The notes: generated by a model not told the origin, from the letters alone. A stretch of DNA of 64,000 bases from an uncultured Nitrososphaerales archaeon (GCA_963695855.1 CAVOHZ010000003.1:192001-256000); one strand, 5' to 3'; counted from the first letter of the stretch, positions 50,685 to 62,005 are shown. A program made the numbers and translations.

Positions 50685-51572
50685 ATGCCATATTTTTGTG
50701 ATAATTCGGTTATATTGGATAATTTAATTAATCGTAAATTTCATCCATTTGTAAAATGGGCTGGTGGTAAGTCTCGTTTACTAGTAGATCTTGAGAAACA
50801 TCTTCCAGAGAAATTTTCGAACTATTTCGAGCCATTCTTGGGAGGAGGCGCTCTCTTTTTTTATTTGAAACTAATCAGGTATAATAATCAAAATTTTATC
50901 TCATATTTGTCTGATATAAATAAGGAATTGATAAATGCCTATAAAATAATAAAGGAAAAACCAAATAATTTGATACATGTCTTAATGAATTATGAAAATG
51001 AATACTACAAGAATCCAAAGAAATTTTATTATGAACTGAGAGGGAGACGTACCAATGATAAAATCGAAATTGCAGCAAGGTTCATAACGTTAAATAAAAC
51101 ATGCTATAATGGACTTTATAGAGTGAATAAAAAGGGTATTTTTAATGTACCTTTTGGCAAATATAAAAAACCTAAAATTTGTGATGAAAGAAATATAGTT
51201 AATGTAAGTAATTTACTTAAGAGGACAAAAACTATAGTTCAAGCAGGAGATTATGAAAATATTTTGTTACATAACGTTAAAGAAAATGATTTCATATATT
51301 TAGATCCTCCTTACCATCCCATAGACGAAACAGCCAACTTTACTGAATATACAAATACAGGCTTCGACAGTCTCGAACAAAAAAGACTTGCTAAGATATT
51401 CAAGGATCTAGACCACAGGGGATGTAAAATAATTCTGAGCAATTCGAATACAAATCTTGTTAGACAGCTATATAAGAAATTTAAGATTTTTGAGGTTGAT
51501 GTATTAAGATCAATTAACAGTAAACCCAATAGAAGGTCTGGATATAATGAATTAATTATAAGAAATTTTTGA
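50685..51572 (+). CDS. Dam/DpnM-family N6-adenine DNA methyltransferase
   Basis: FVKWAGGK, EPFLGGGA, NGLYRVN..G.FNVPFG, DPPY, SNS. Confidence 0.93.
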   Translation: MPYFCDNSVILDNLINRKFHPFVKWAGGKSRLLVDLEKHLPEKFSNYFEPFLGGGALFFYLKLIRYNNQNFISYLSDINKELINAYKIIKEKPNNLIHVLMNYENEYYKNPKKFYYELRGRRTNDKIEIAARFITLNKTCYNGLYRVNKKGIFNVPFGKYKKPKICDERNIVNVSNLLKRTKTIVQAGDYENILLHNVKENDFIYLDPPYHPIDETANFTEYTNTGFDSLEQKRLAKIFKDLDHRGCKIILSNSNTNLVRQLYKKFKIFEVDVLRSINSKPNRRSGYNELIIRNF

Positions 51573-51655
51573 TATTATTCGAGCATTTAAAACAAACACC
51601 TCTACTGATGATTTCCATGTAAAATTTTAAAAAAAAATATAAATATAAATAAGTT

Positions 51656-52198
51656 TTGAAGCTTTATAATATTGGCTATATGAAAAAGAATTTGATATAT
51701 GTTCTTCTTTTTAGTTTATCGTTAGAAATTAGTTTTATAGCTCAGGATCGTGGAAGGGATTTTGGTTTTTATCAGAATGTTTCAGGTATTGAGGAATCTA
51801 ATGATTTGATAAAAAATTCAAAACAATTTTTTCAATCGGCGGATAATCAAGTCAAGTTATACTTTAACGAATTTTATCAAGCTTATTCGGACTGGAAACA
51901 AGGAAAAAATAATAATGAAACTCTAATTCAAAAGACCAATGATTATACTTTAACCCTTGAAAATATTTCTAAAAAAATGGAGAATTTCTCACCTTCTAAA
52001 GAATATTCGCCAATATTTCAATCATATCTAAAATCAATAAATAGTGAAATAGATAGTAATAAACATTTTGTCAAATATCTTGAAACAGGAAATATTACAG
52101 AGAAAAATATATCTGAGGACTTATTTTCAAAAGCAGCGGAATACGAAAACCAAGCCATTGGAACATTTAATAGAATAAATTCAGAGCTCCCGAATTAA
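51656..52198 (+). CDS. Secreted helical hypothetical protein
   Basis: Signal-like N-terminus, helical-bundle composition. Confidence 0.7.
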   Translation: MKLYNIGYMKKNLIYVLLFSLSLEISFIAQDRGRDFGFYQNVSGIEESNDLIKNSKQFFQSADNQVKLYFNEFYQAYSDWKQGKNNNETLIQKTNDYTLTLENISKKMENFSPSKEYSPIFQSYLKSINSEIDSNKHFVKYLETGNITEKNISEDLFSKAAEYENQAIGTFNRINSELPN

Positions 52199-52260
52199 TT
52201 TGTTTAGCAGAATTATAAGGCCCCGCTAAAATTTTATATCGATACCCAAATAGAGAGCAT

Positions 52261-52365
52261 ATGAAATGTCCTTGTTGTGGAGGCGAAATGGCTGAAAGTG
52301 AAAAAGAAAAGGTAATTTTATTTAAGTGTAAGGAATGTGGACTTAGCAATAGCCAATTGAAATAA
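52261..52365 (+). CDS. 34-aa Zn-ribbon microprotein (not in ORF track)
   Basis: MKCPCCGGEMAESEKEKVILFKCKECGLSNSQLK. Confidence 0.7.
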   Translation: MKCPCCGGEMAESEKEKVILFKCKECGLSNSQLK

Positions 52366-52546
52366 AAATCGGTTTTAATTCATATGAATACGATTTGATC
52401 GAAATAAGGAAAAAAATACATTCGTGAGATAGTAAAATTAAAAAGTTTAATCTTGTATTTCTATTATACAATTTATATTGTGGTTACTAAAATGCACCAA
52501 TAATGTAACTGATGAGATTTATAAGGAAATATAGTTATTAATATGT

Positions 52547-53506
52547 ATGAATCGTTGCTTAATTTATGTCTTTATCTTGGTTTTATTCATTATAAATTTT
52601 GGGTTGGTATTCAATTTTGTTTTTGCAGAGGACAGTAAACCCGGATATCAGTTCTCCTTTAAATTTGGAGGAATGGGAGATCAAGATGGACAGTTTATGA
52701 ATCCTCATAGTATTGATATAGACAGAAACGGAAGTGTATATGTCACTGATACTGGAAACAATAGAATTGAAAAATTTAATTCCGAGGGTAAATTTATTTT
52801 AAAATGGGGAGAAACAGGTTCCAATGATGGACAATTTCTAAAGTTACATGATGTTGCAGTCGATCCTTCTGGCAAATATGTCTATACATTAGAACTAACA
52901 AATCACAGAGTGCAGAAATTTACTTCTAACGGTGAATTTATTTTGAACTGGGGGTTTGAAAGTACTGGAGGCAGTGGCTCTGACAGAACACCTCATCAAT
53001 TATCAATTGATTCAAATGGATTTGTTTACCTGAGTGATATGAATGGAAATCAGATACTTAAGTTTGATAAAGATGGTAATTTTATTGAAGTTCTTGGTTC
53101 CAAGGGTTCAGGAGAAGGACAGTTTATACATCCTCATGGAATAGTTTTTGATTCTAATAATAACATGTACATAACGGATATGGGTAATTATCGTATACAA
53201 GTTTTTGATAATAACTTTAGTCGAATCGCACAATGGGGATCGTATGGGAATGGTTCTGCACAATTTTTAAAAACATTTCCAGGCATAGATTATTTCGATA
53301 AGGAAAATATACTGGTTGTAGTAGATAAAACATCAGCTAATGTAAAGATATTTGATAATAAAGGTCAGTTTATTACAAAATTTGGGACGAAAGGAAAAGA
53401 AGATGGACAATTTAATCGACCAGAAGATCTAGCGTTAGACTCAAAGGGTAGAATCTTCATAGCAGATACAGGAAACTCACGAATAGAAGTATTCGATAAA
53501 ATTTAA
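52547..53506 (+). CDS. Secreted NHL-repeat six-bladed beta-propeller
   Basis: Repeated G..G..DGQF..P..I..D....YV.D..N.R...F; signal peptide. Confidence 0.93.
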   Translation: MNRCLIYVFILVLFIINFGLVFNFVFAEDSKPGYQFSFKFGGMGDQDGQFMNPHSIDIDRNGSVYVTDTGNNRIEKFNSEGKFILKWGETGSNDGQFLKLHDVAVDPSGKYVYTLELTNHRVQKFTSNGEFILNWGFESTGGSGSDRTPHQLSIDSNGFVYLSDMNGNQILKFDKDGNFIEVLGSKGSGEGQFIHPHGIVFDSNNNMYITDMGNYRIQVFDNNFSRIAQWGSYGNGSAQFLKTFPGIDYFDKENILVVVDKTSANVKIFDNKGQFITKFGTKGKEDGQFNRPEDLALDSKGRIFIADTGNSRIEVFDKI

Positions 53507-54170
53507 TAAAATATAAATTTGATTAATTTCTAGTGTTTGATTTAAAGTAATGAAACTAATAACATCCAAAAGAGTAAACCGATAGATTAAGGCGGGATTT
53601 ATTATGGCCATTAAGCTATAGTCTCGTTAATACAAATGAAAACGTTCTAATCGCAAGTATTATTAGGTGGTTTTACAATAAATAATTTGATCTTTAACTT
53701 CATGCCTTAACCGATTTGTAAATAATATGTAAATCTGATTCTATTGAAATAGTCTAGTTAGAACAAGTGTCATTGTACTGTCATGAATTATTGTCCTTTT
53801 TAAAAAGATACTAGGATTCCAAATTGTTTCGGAAAAAAACCAATTTATTGTATTGCTCCAACATAATTGTGCTTGTTCAAAGAGAAATTAACATGATGAT
53901 GTGAACAATATATGAATTTCTTATTTAACCCCTCAACTCTTCCCATTCTAGTGATATATGGTATGATAAATTTATAACTCAATGATTCGAAATTCCTTTT
54001 ACAATATGAGGAGTTGTTCTGCCGTTTTTACTTTGATTCTCCAAGAGAAATAACTAGACAATATTTTGTAATATATTATATGATCAGCTATAGAGAAACG
54101 AAATAAATACATTAGTATCTTTATCAAATTAAAATAGAAAAAACAACTAGAAATAAAATATATTATGAAT

Positions 54171-55307
54171 TTATTTATCTATAGAGAACTCGTCGTATAT
54201 TTCTCCATCATTACCATAAAATGTACCCTTGAGTGTATTTCCGTTATTCACAATATCTACATTTAATACCCCGTATTCTATGAAACGTTCTGCGGTAAAG
54301 TCACTGGTAGAACCCAAACCTGTTGGAAAGGATCCACCCGTTCCCACAGTCACAAAAACAGTTCCCTCTATATTTTTATAATCGTTAGAACTATCATCTG
54401 TTATGTAGGGTTCGTCATCCTCTTCTTCGTTTAAAGAAAGAGGATACATTCTTTCATAAATATGTTGATGACCCTGCAATGCAAGATTTACTCCAAACTC
54501 GTTAAATAATGGATGATATGTTTCAGTAAATTTTTCTTCGTTTTCTGGAGAGGATCCTGATCCATAGGATTGTCTATGAAAGAATGCGATTATCCAATCT
54601 ATATTTGGATCATTTGAATATTTTTCTAAATCAGAGGTTGCGAATTCATATTGTTCTGAATCATCATCGTATGGAACCTCGGTTGACAGAGAGATAAAAT
54701 GAATATTTTCAAAATTAAAAGAATAATATTGCTTTTCCAAACCAAAATATTTCATTAAATCTTTCAATTTTTTGGAGCTTTCGGCATCATGATTTCCCAT
54801 TGTTATTTCTAATTTATCGGAGATCGGCTTAACCATTTTTAACCAACAACCCACGCTTCCACCGTATGAGTAATCTCCCAATCCAATAGCTAGTTCTGGA
54901 TCTAGTTCTTCTATATTTTTGATAGTTTTTTTACCTTTCGAGTTACAATCCGTATCCCCAACTGCAACAAAATTAAGTCTTGCGTATGAGGAGGACTCGT
55001 GATTATCTTCATTATCATCATTAGACTGGTGTTTATCTTCTTCTACTTTTTTTACAAATTCCGTTGTTTTACTTTCTTCAGAATAAGACTTCTTACTATC
55101 TGTAATTGAATTTGATTTATCGTCACCATTTCTTGATTGAGATGTTCCCTCGTCGTCTTCATGTTGATCTCCGACTCCACGAAAGACAAGATTATCATTT
55201 TTGTCAGAAACTGAAAGAGCGCTTGAAGAGTTTTCACTTAATGTAATAAGCATTAAAGATAAAAAAGGAATTAGAATAAATGGTTTAATGTTCGATCTAA
55301 TCAACAT
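54171..55307 (-). CDS. Secreted purple-acid-phosphatase-like metallophosphoesterase
   Basis: VGD, GDYSY, GNHD, FFH, GHQHIYER; signal peptide and acidic linker. Confidence 0.9.
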   Translation of the reverse strand: MLIRSNIKPFILIPFLSLMLITLSENSSSALSVSDKNDNLVFRGVGDQHEDDEGTSQSRNGDDKSNSITDSKKSYSEESKTTEFVKKVEEDKHQSNDDNEDNHESSSYARLNFVAVGDTDCNSKGKKTIKNIEELDPELAIGLGDYSYGGSVGCWLKMVKPISDKLEITMGNHDAESSKKLKDLMKYFGLEKQYYSFNFENIHFISLSTEVPYDDDSEQYEFATSDLEKYSNDPNIDWIIAFFHRQSYGSGSSPENEEKFTETYHPLFNEFGVNLALQGHQHIYERMYPLSLNEEEDDEPYITDDSSNDYKNIEGTVFVTVGTGGSFPTGLGSTSDFTAERFIEYGVLNVDIVNNGNTLKGTFYGNDGEIYDEFSIDK

Positions 55308-55860
55308 CCCAAAGTGGTAGGTTTAATGATATTTCAACATTACTAAGCAATTTTGATAAGAATAAAATCTGGATGTTAACTATGAATTTTCTATAAAATA
55401 AAATCATACAAGCTAAAGGAACTCTCGAATGAGAAAAGTATATATATACCACATAAATTGGGCTAAGTTGACATTTTTGTATTAAAGATGTTCAATTTTT
55501 ATATAGAATGAAGATATTTATTGAATATAATATCCCAATAGTAGAATTTACGATTGTTAGAAGACATAATACTTACCAATCTATATTTAATTGATCAAAA
55601 TGTGCATTAGTGACGATCGAACAGTTTTTTTCTCATTTGTTAGGAAAACTGGTTCCATAAAACAGATTATATATACAGTATGACTTTATTGCTACCTTTG
55701 ACTTTGTGACGCTATTATGTTACTGTTTACTATAACATCAGTCACTAAAACAATATTGCCCGAGCAATCAAATACATCGCAAGAAGTTTCTAGTAAACTG
55801 TAAGAATGTTTACGACCGTTAGCTACATTATGACCTAGTCTCAATTGAATAAAAGACTAA

Positions 55861-57861
55861 TTATTTATTTTTAACCTTAAGAAAGAATCTTATTGAAAAA
55901 TAGAAAGAAGGAATGAATACCAATATACTGGCGTACAATATAAAGATCAGTGAGATATTTTCATCTTTATCGATTTCCTTAGGTTGAAAAGTTCTCGATT
56001 CATATTTCTCTATTAGTTTCCTGATAATTTCCCCTGAATCTGTGCGTTCCCTGTTAAAATCAAAAGCATTCAAAAGGTTATTTGCAGATGAGTCACGTGA
56101 ATTTAGAGCAGGAAGATTATAGTTATATTCTATGAATTTCAGGATTGAAGCAGTATCATACAATGTACTGTCTACAAAACCCTGTTTTGAATATGGTGAA
56201 ATTATCATGGTAGGAATCCTAAAACCAAATTCATAGTCACTTTCTTCAGGTGGAATAACATGATCATACCACCCACCTGAACTACCGTATGTTAATATAA
56301 ACACGCTATGTTTCCAATATGTACTTTTCATAAGCTCAATAATCAATGAAGTAACAAACTCCTCTCCTTTGGTTACATCTTTTGGGGAACTTTCGTGACT
56401 ATCTGAGGAAATTATGTATGACACAGTTGGCAGATCACCTTTTAAATCTTTAAAATATTGTTTCAAGTCAACTATCTTGGAATTTAGTGTAGAATTTTCC
56501 ACGAATCTTGGAATTGCCAAAATTGGATTTAGCGTTAAGTGACGTTTTGAATTGTCATCATTTTTGGTGTAGTTCAAGTTTGGATCGTAGTTTTCTACAT
56601 AAATTTTCCATGACAAACCATTTTTCTCTAATAAATCAAATATCGTATTATTAATATTTATTAATCCTTCTTTAGGTACATTTTTTTTATATATATCAGG
56701 ATCGGCAGAATAAAGATGAAGGTTGTTAGCGAGGTCGTTAAAGGGTGATGCACTAAAAAAATTATCGGTTAGTACAAAGTATGATGCAAGAATCCAATAC
56801 ATGCCAATAATTTTGTCATCATAATATCCCATCACAATCGTTTCATTTTTGTCAGAGGACGTAGTTTTTTGAGCATCTATAAACCCATCCATAAAACCAT
56901 AATTATATGAAATGTCAAAAACAGATTTATCGAATTTGAGTTGAGATGTTTTTTTATTGACAAGATTAAATGGCTTTATCTTCTGAATCTCATGATCGTC
57001 GGGTGTTATTTTAATATCAAGGTAGCTCTTGCCATCAAAACTAATAAATTCATTTTTTGGTTCTGACTTGATTTTGTCCGGCTCAAAAATCAAATCGAAG
57101 TCTACTAGGGCACCATAACTTTTCTTAGCACTTTTAAACAAAGAATATACCTCGTTCTCTGTCAGAGGCCTATTCCAAATCTTGAGATCATCAATATCTC
57201 CTATGAAAAAAGAGTTTGATTTTAAAAAATTTGAGCCAATTCTAACGATAGGTATTTTATTATTATCAGGTATAGCAGCGTTAGTTTTTTTTTTTGAAAC
57301 CAAGACCTTATCAACATAGAGACTCAATAAAGATCCGTTGTATGAAACCAGCACACTGTGCCATCTGGTATCATTATACTTTTGCTTGGAAGTTAAAAAA
57401 TAATCTGAACCTGTTTTAGTTTCAAATCCAGCTTGAATTTTTTCCTCTTTATCGAGAATTACTCCAAAATTAAGGTTATTTCCGGGATTTTCCTTCCCAA
57501 TTCCCCCTTTATTGACCAGAATTTGCTCACCTTTTGACAGAGATTGATTCAATCTAAAGTCAAGATACACTGTAAAATTATTAAAATCAATTGTATTGGA
57601 CAGAGAATTTACGGGGATCGAAATATTATTAGGAAATCCATTGGCCCCAGGATATGTTCCAAAATAATTATCAAAGCTTCTACCTCCTTGAGAGATCACT
57701 ATAATGTGTTCTATGGGTGTTTGTGTACTATTTTTTTCATTTTCTTTAAGAGAATAAGATGGTTCTAGTATTGAAAAATTTTCAGGAGAGACAATAAGAT
57801 TGGAAAACAACAATACTAACAACAATATAGATGGCAGGACAATAATTTTTATATAAATCAT
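55861..57861 (-). CDS. Phosphoesterase (PLC/AcpA) family protein with inserted LamG-like domain and C-terminal TM; active site degenerate
   Basis: TPIEHII..RSFDNYFGTYPGANG, GGWYDHV, GFRIP..ISPY, YDTASIL.FIE; insert WHSV..SY....L.LYVD...F.GDIDDLKIWNRPLT. Confidence 0.85.
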   Translation of the reverse strand: MIYIKIIVLPSILLLVLLFSNLIVSPENFSILEPSYSLKENEKNSTQTPIEHIIVISQGGRSFDNYFGTYPGANGFPNNISIPVNSLSNTIDFNNFTVYLDFRLNQSLSKGEQILVNKGGIGKENPGNNLNFGVILDKEEKIQAGFETKTGSDYFLTSKQKYNDTRWHSVLVSYNGSLLSLYVDKVLVSKKKTNAAIPDNNKIPIVRIGSNFLKSNSFFIGDIDDLKIWNRPLTENEVYSLFKSAKKSYGALVDFDLIFEPDKIKSEPKNEFISFDGKSYLDIKITPDDHEIQKIKPFNLVNKKTSQLKFDKSVFDISYNYGFMDGFIDAQKTTSSDKNETIVMGYYDDKIIGMYWILASYFVLTDNFFSASPFNDLANNLHLYSADPDIYKKNVPKEGLININNTIFDLLEKNGLSWKIYVENYDPNLNYTKNDDNSKRHLTLNPILAIPRFVENSTLNSKIVDLKQYFKDLKGDLPTVSYIISSDSHESSPKDVTKGEEFVTSLIIELMKSTYWKHSVFILTYGSSGGWYDHVIPPEESDYEFGFRIPTMIISPYSKQGFVDSTLYDTASILKFIEYNYNLPALNSRDSSANNLLNAFDFNRERTDSGEIIRKLIEKYESRTFQPKEIDKDENISLIFILYASILVFIPSFYFSIRFFLKVKNK

Positions 57862-57927
57862 CTCACTTCACCTCAGATGACATCAAGAATTTGTCGCACA
57901 GAAATAACTTTCTAGTCATGATTATAT

Positions 57928-59451
57928 TTAATTTATAGAATATACTATTATTGCAGGCTTTGATAAAGTTTTTCCGTGCTCATCAGTATAGTACTCATAT
58001 GAGGTATAAACTGGAATTGCATTGTATTTTTTTATATATTGATCCATTTTTTGAGCTTCATTTTTCAAAAATGGTGCGTTTTCTAATTGTATTTTTTCAT
58101 AGACAAGATAGTTTATTTTTTTAGAGATAATTAGAAAATCGGCATTATCAATCTTATCATAAGCTGGATTGTTGTTAGACTGCAGGGAAAAAGAATCCCT
58201 GTGTGAATAATATTTTATATTATTCGACATATGGGTATAAAGTGTCAATGCTGTAGAATTTTCAGGAGTGTTTTCTTTTATCCATAGAGATGCATCTTTC
58301 ATATAAGGAATTGATTCAGAGCCCAAAATAGGATTGTGAGGGATCAGAAATACAAAATTATATACAAAATAAGCATTGGAAATCAAAATTATTGGCACTA
58401 GAAGAATAATAACCAATATTTTAATCCTAAAATTGCTGAGCCAAGATCCAAAGATAAAAGATGTTCCAATAATTATAAATAAAGGAATAACAGAATATAA
58501 AAAAGTATAATTCTTTATAGATATTGACTGATAAAAAAGAACCAGTATTGGAATCCAAACTAAAGGTATAGATACAATTTGCGTATTCCATAACTTTCTA
58601 TTAACGATGAAATATATATAAAATAGAAAGACTAGGAAAAGAAGTGGATATCCAAGACTTTCCTTTGCTAATATATCAAAATAGTAAAAATTGTCATGAT
58701 TTGGAGGTCGTGAAGATTGCCAAGATACATATTCATTTATCGATTTGCGGGCATCTTCAATAAACAAATAAGATATCCAATATGGAGAAGAAACGATTAG
58801 AAACGTGGATAGAATAATGAAAATATTTTTTCCATTAATTTTTTTGTCCAGCGCCAAAACAAGGAGAGTTCCTATTATCACAATTATTCCGACTTCTTTC
58901 GAAAGAAAAGATAATCCAGAACATGCGCCTATAAAATATAAATATAAAGTGTTATTATTTCGTAAATATAGTACTAACATTAGTATATTCAGCATCAAAA
59001 AAAAAGATAACGAAACATCGACTAGAACTTGTCTTGAAATTATAATATGGTATGGTAAAAAACTCAATATTAATGAGGAAACTATTGCAATTGATTTCGA
59101 ATAAATAAATTTAGCTATAAAATAACAAAATAACACAACACCGGTTCCCATGATTGATGCAACTAATCTAGCTGAGGTTTCACTTAACCCAAATGTCAGT
59201 AATGATAATCCCACGAAAAACTGCATGAGCAAAGGGTGTGCTCGAAAAATAGAAAAATGCTCTCGAAATTCATCAAAGCTGGCCAGTGAAGCAGCTTGTC
59301 CTACATAAATTGTTTCGTCATTATTAAATCCCGGATCACCCACTCCGTAGAATCGTAATACAAAAGAAGCTGAAATCAATGTAATTAAAATAAAAACTTC
59401 TGTTCTTCTGGAATCGAGAACCTTATTCTTTTTTATGGAAGCTAGAATCAA
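57928..59451 (-). CDS. GT-C glycosyltransferase (PMT/ArnT, family 39-like)
   Basis: Multi-TM protein with NDE..Y, HPLL, ARL, SR..L.D, K motifs. Confidence 0.88.
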   Translation of the reverse strand: MILASIKKNKVLDSRRTEVFILITLISASFVLRFYGVGDPGFNNDETIYVGQAASLASFDEFREHFSIFRAHPLLMQFFVGLSLLTFGLSETSARLVASIMGTGVVLFCYFIAKFIYSKSIAIVSSLILSFLPYHIIISRQVLVDVSLSFFLMLNILMLVLYLRNNNTLYLYFIGACSGLSFLSKEVGIIVIIGTLLVLALDKKINGKNIFIILSTFLIVSSPYWISYLFIEDARKSINEYVSWQSSRPPNHDNFYYFDILAKESLGYPLLFLVFLFYIYFIVNRKLWNTQIVSIPLVWIPILVLFYQSISIKNYTFLYSVIPLFIIIGTSFIFGSWLSNFRIKILVIILLVPIILISNAYFVYNFVFLIPHNPILGSESIPYMKDASLWIKENTPENSTALTLYTHMSNNIKYYSHRDSFSLQSNNNPAYDKIDNADFLIISKKINYLVYEKIQLENAPFLKNEAQKMDQYIKKYNAIPVYTSYEYYTDEHGKTLSKPAIIVYSIN

Positions 59452-59630
59452 ATTGAAGTTACAAATAAAAGATATTACGAATTAATAACCTTTCTAGTTT
59501 TTAAAACATTGACCAATAGAGTATTGATTGGTTTATCGTTTCGAAATGATGTTGCTCGACCCTGCTATTGTTTTTGATTCGTTTATGTTGATATGGTCTA
59601 ATTTATAGACGTCTATGAGATTTGGATGAA

Positions 59631-60444
59631 TTATTCATGAATGAGTTTTGCTATTTCAGTATATGGAGGCTTTGAGTCAACCACCAATCCAAGTTCATAA
59701 AGAGCGTCATCCATCTTATCTAATTGTACTGAATTTGTTTCAGTAACCTCTTGTTTTACTGTAGAATTGTAAATATCCTTTATAACAGAAATCAATCCTT
59801 TCGCTGTTTCATATGATATAAAGTTAGAAATAGTTTTATTATTAGAAACAGTGGGTTCGTTAATTTTTTGTCCCTCTTTATGTTGTGGATTTGCAGAATC
59901 ATGCATAGCTTTAGATGTTTATTTGAAGGTAAAAAATCAGGAATTATGAAAGAATGTTTGTAGTTGTCATCTAGAGAATTTACCAATTGAACAAAGTGTA
60001 ATGCATGTACCGTGGAATTGTTAAGAGAAGCAGCTTCAAGCCTAACACTAACAGATTCATCCAAAATCACATTCAGATTATCAATCAAGTTCATGATTTC
60101 TTCTTTTGCTGTTTTCTGAATTATTTGATTGCATATAACAGATATTGTATCCGTTATTTCGTTAGCAATTCGTTCATTTCTTTCAGACAATTCATCTCTA
60201 ATTTCATCAGTATACAATTGAGAAATTCTACTGAGATGTTTTTCAGCTTTATCGTAATCCTCTTCCGATACAAATTTTTTAATTAACTTGTCTTGGACTT
60301 TAATTTCATTCACAAAAGATAGAATAGTGAAGTTTCATCAGTACTAAAGGAATGGGCAAAAGCATTTAATATTGTATTACCACCAGTAAATATAAATGCG
60401 AGTGTAAAAATGGAAAGAAAGATTTTAGATTTTAATTTTAGCAT
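59631..60444 (-). pseudogene. Frameshifted secreted helical protein
   Basis: Signal peptide from ATG 60444 (MLKLKSKIF...AFAHSFSTDE); frameshifts at ~60325 and ~59920 join the 59792-60313 and 59631-59906 ORFs. Confidence 0.7.
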
Positions 60445-60610
60445 GTCGTGTTTAAATTTATCATAGAAATAATAAATTTATCTTTTTCATATAAAAAAAA
60501 TTATTTTTGATAATTGGAAAATAATTTATACATTATATGATGATCGTGTAAATATTTTTAGTTTTTATATAAAAAAATAATAGAAATGGTTTTTTAATCA
60601 TTCAACAAAT

Positions 60611-61168
60611 TCAGGGCAGTGGAAATGCTCTAGGTATTGGATATGGTAACCCGACTAATGTTACACTATACCATTTAGTTAAAGGACCGGGGTTAATACA
60701 GGTTAATTTTGAAGTTAATTCATTGGTACCGGGTTCAATTTCGTGAGTATTCCTATCATAGGTAAATTGCCATGTGGAAAAATCAGTAGCACCTCCGGGT
60801 CCGGTGGCGGTGACAATCCAAGATGGTTTTTGGTTATTCCAGTCCATTTCAACTATACAATCTCTTGTATTACTGTCGCTTGATAATCCAAGAATTGTAA
60901 CTGTACCAGAATCAACTTTATCCGCATTTTTATGAGATGTAATTTTAACAAACATTTTCGGGAATTTATCGTCTAGAGAAGAAGGTGGCAGGCTCTGCGA
61001 TGGAGTGTCTTGATTGAATATCGGACCAGTTAATTCTGACTCATTCTCTTGGCTATATACGGGGAAGAAACATACTCCTATCAAAAAAAATACTGCGGTA
61101 GAGACAGTAAAGCCCGAATAAAGAAAATTGCTACTATGCAAAAAAGAACTAAATCGAATAGATTTCAT
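60611..61168 (-). CDS. Secreted Ig-like-domain protein
   Basis: Signal peptide; VKITSH..G.SSD..C.V..GPGG..DFSTW.FT..G.NELTSKLTC. Confidence 0.78.
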   Translation of the reverse strand: MKSIRFSSFLHSSNFLYSGFTVSTAVFFLIGVCFFPVYSQENESELTGPIFNQDTPSQSLPPSSLDDKFPKMFVKITSHKNADKVDSGTVTILGLSSDSNTRDCIVEMDWNNQKPSWIVTATGPGGATDFSTWQFTYDRNTHEIEPGTNELTSKLTCINPGPLTKWYSVTLVGLPYPIPRAFPLP

Positions 61169-61272
61169 TTATCTTCCAATAAAAAAATTTTATTTAATGA
61201 GAATTGTAAAAATGGATAGAGTATAAACTTAACATATTCTTAGCAAATATTGATATTTTCAGGTGTTTCTTT

Positions 61273-61482
61273 TTACGATCTCTTTTTAAGAAAAACGATA
61301 ATGCCAACTATCGAAATAGAGATTCCAACTATTATCAATATTAGACCATTTAGGCTCCATTCGGTATTACTGTACATAAAGGACTCAGCTGGTCCAATAT
61401 AAGATCTACTTTGGAGGAAAAATAAAATTCCAAGTGAAATTATTAATAATGAAGCTACCAGCAAGAAATATAGTTTTTTCAT
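61273..61482 (-). CDS. Small two-TM membrane protein
   Basis: Two hydrophobic helices flanking GP.ESFMY...EW. Confidence 0.7.
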   Translation of the reverse strand: MKKLYFLLVASLLIISLGILFFLQSRSYIGPAESFMYSNTEWSLNGLILIIVGISISIVGIIVFLKKRS

Positions 61483-61588
61483 ATGATCATGACCAGTATC
61501 TTTTCAAAGTTAATATTTTTTGGAAAGCGGTTTAACCTATGTTTTATTACTGTCAACCTTAAAAAGAATATATTTATCCATTTTTGTA

Positions 61589-62005
61589 TTAGGAACTAAA
61601 CAGACGCTCATGATCTTCCATCATGCATCTATTATAAACGAAATCAATTCCGTTCTTTTTCGCTAGCCCCATTGCTTCTTCATTGATCCCTTTTTGTAGC
61701 CATATGAGCTTAATTCCCTCTTTCTTCAAGAGATCTTTTATAACGTCCAGAACATCTTCTGATTTTCTAAATACATTAACTATGTCAACCTTTTGCTTTA
61801 TTTCGGAAACTCGATCATAACATTTCCTTTGAAGTATCTCATCTGTGTTTGGATTTACCGGAATTATGTTATATCCTTTTTGCAGGAGATACTCAGGAAC
61901 AAAATGTGAAGGTTTTTCCCTATGTGCTGACATTCCTACCAGTGCAATATTCTTTAAGGCATAGAACTTTCTTATCTCCCGATCGGAGTAATTATCAACG
62001 TTCAT
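61589..62005 (-). CDS. CoA-binding protein (YccU-like)
   Basis: IALVGMS, GY.IIPVNP, VDIVNVFR, WLQ.GI, NRCM. Confidence 0.92.
   Translation of the reverse strand: MNVDNYSDREIRKFYALKNIALVGMSAHREKPSHFVPEYLLQKGYNIIPVNPNTDEILQRKCYDRVSEIKQKVDIVNVFRKSEDVLDVIKDLLKKEGIKLIWLQKGINEEAMGLAKKNGIDFVYNRCMMEDHERLFSS

Noticed and set aside
52167-52349. 60-aa minus-strand ORF
   Set aside because: Antisense to the CxxC-CxxC microprotein 52261-52365
53510-54170. Long intergenic gap (likewise 55310-55860) examined for ncRNA or gene remnants
   Set aside because: No boxes, stable stems or recognisable coding fragments found by eye
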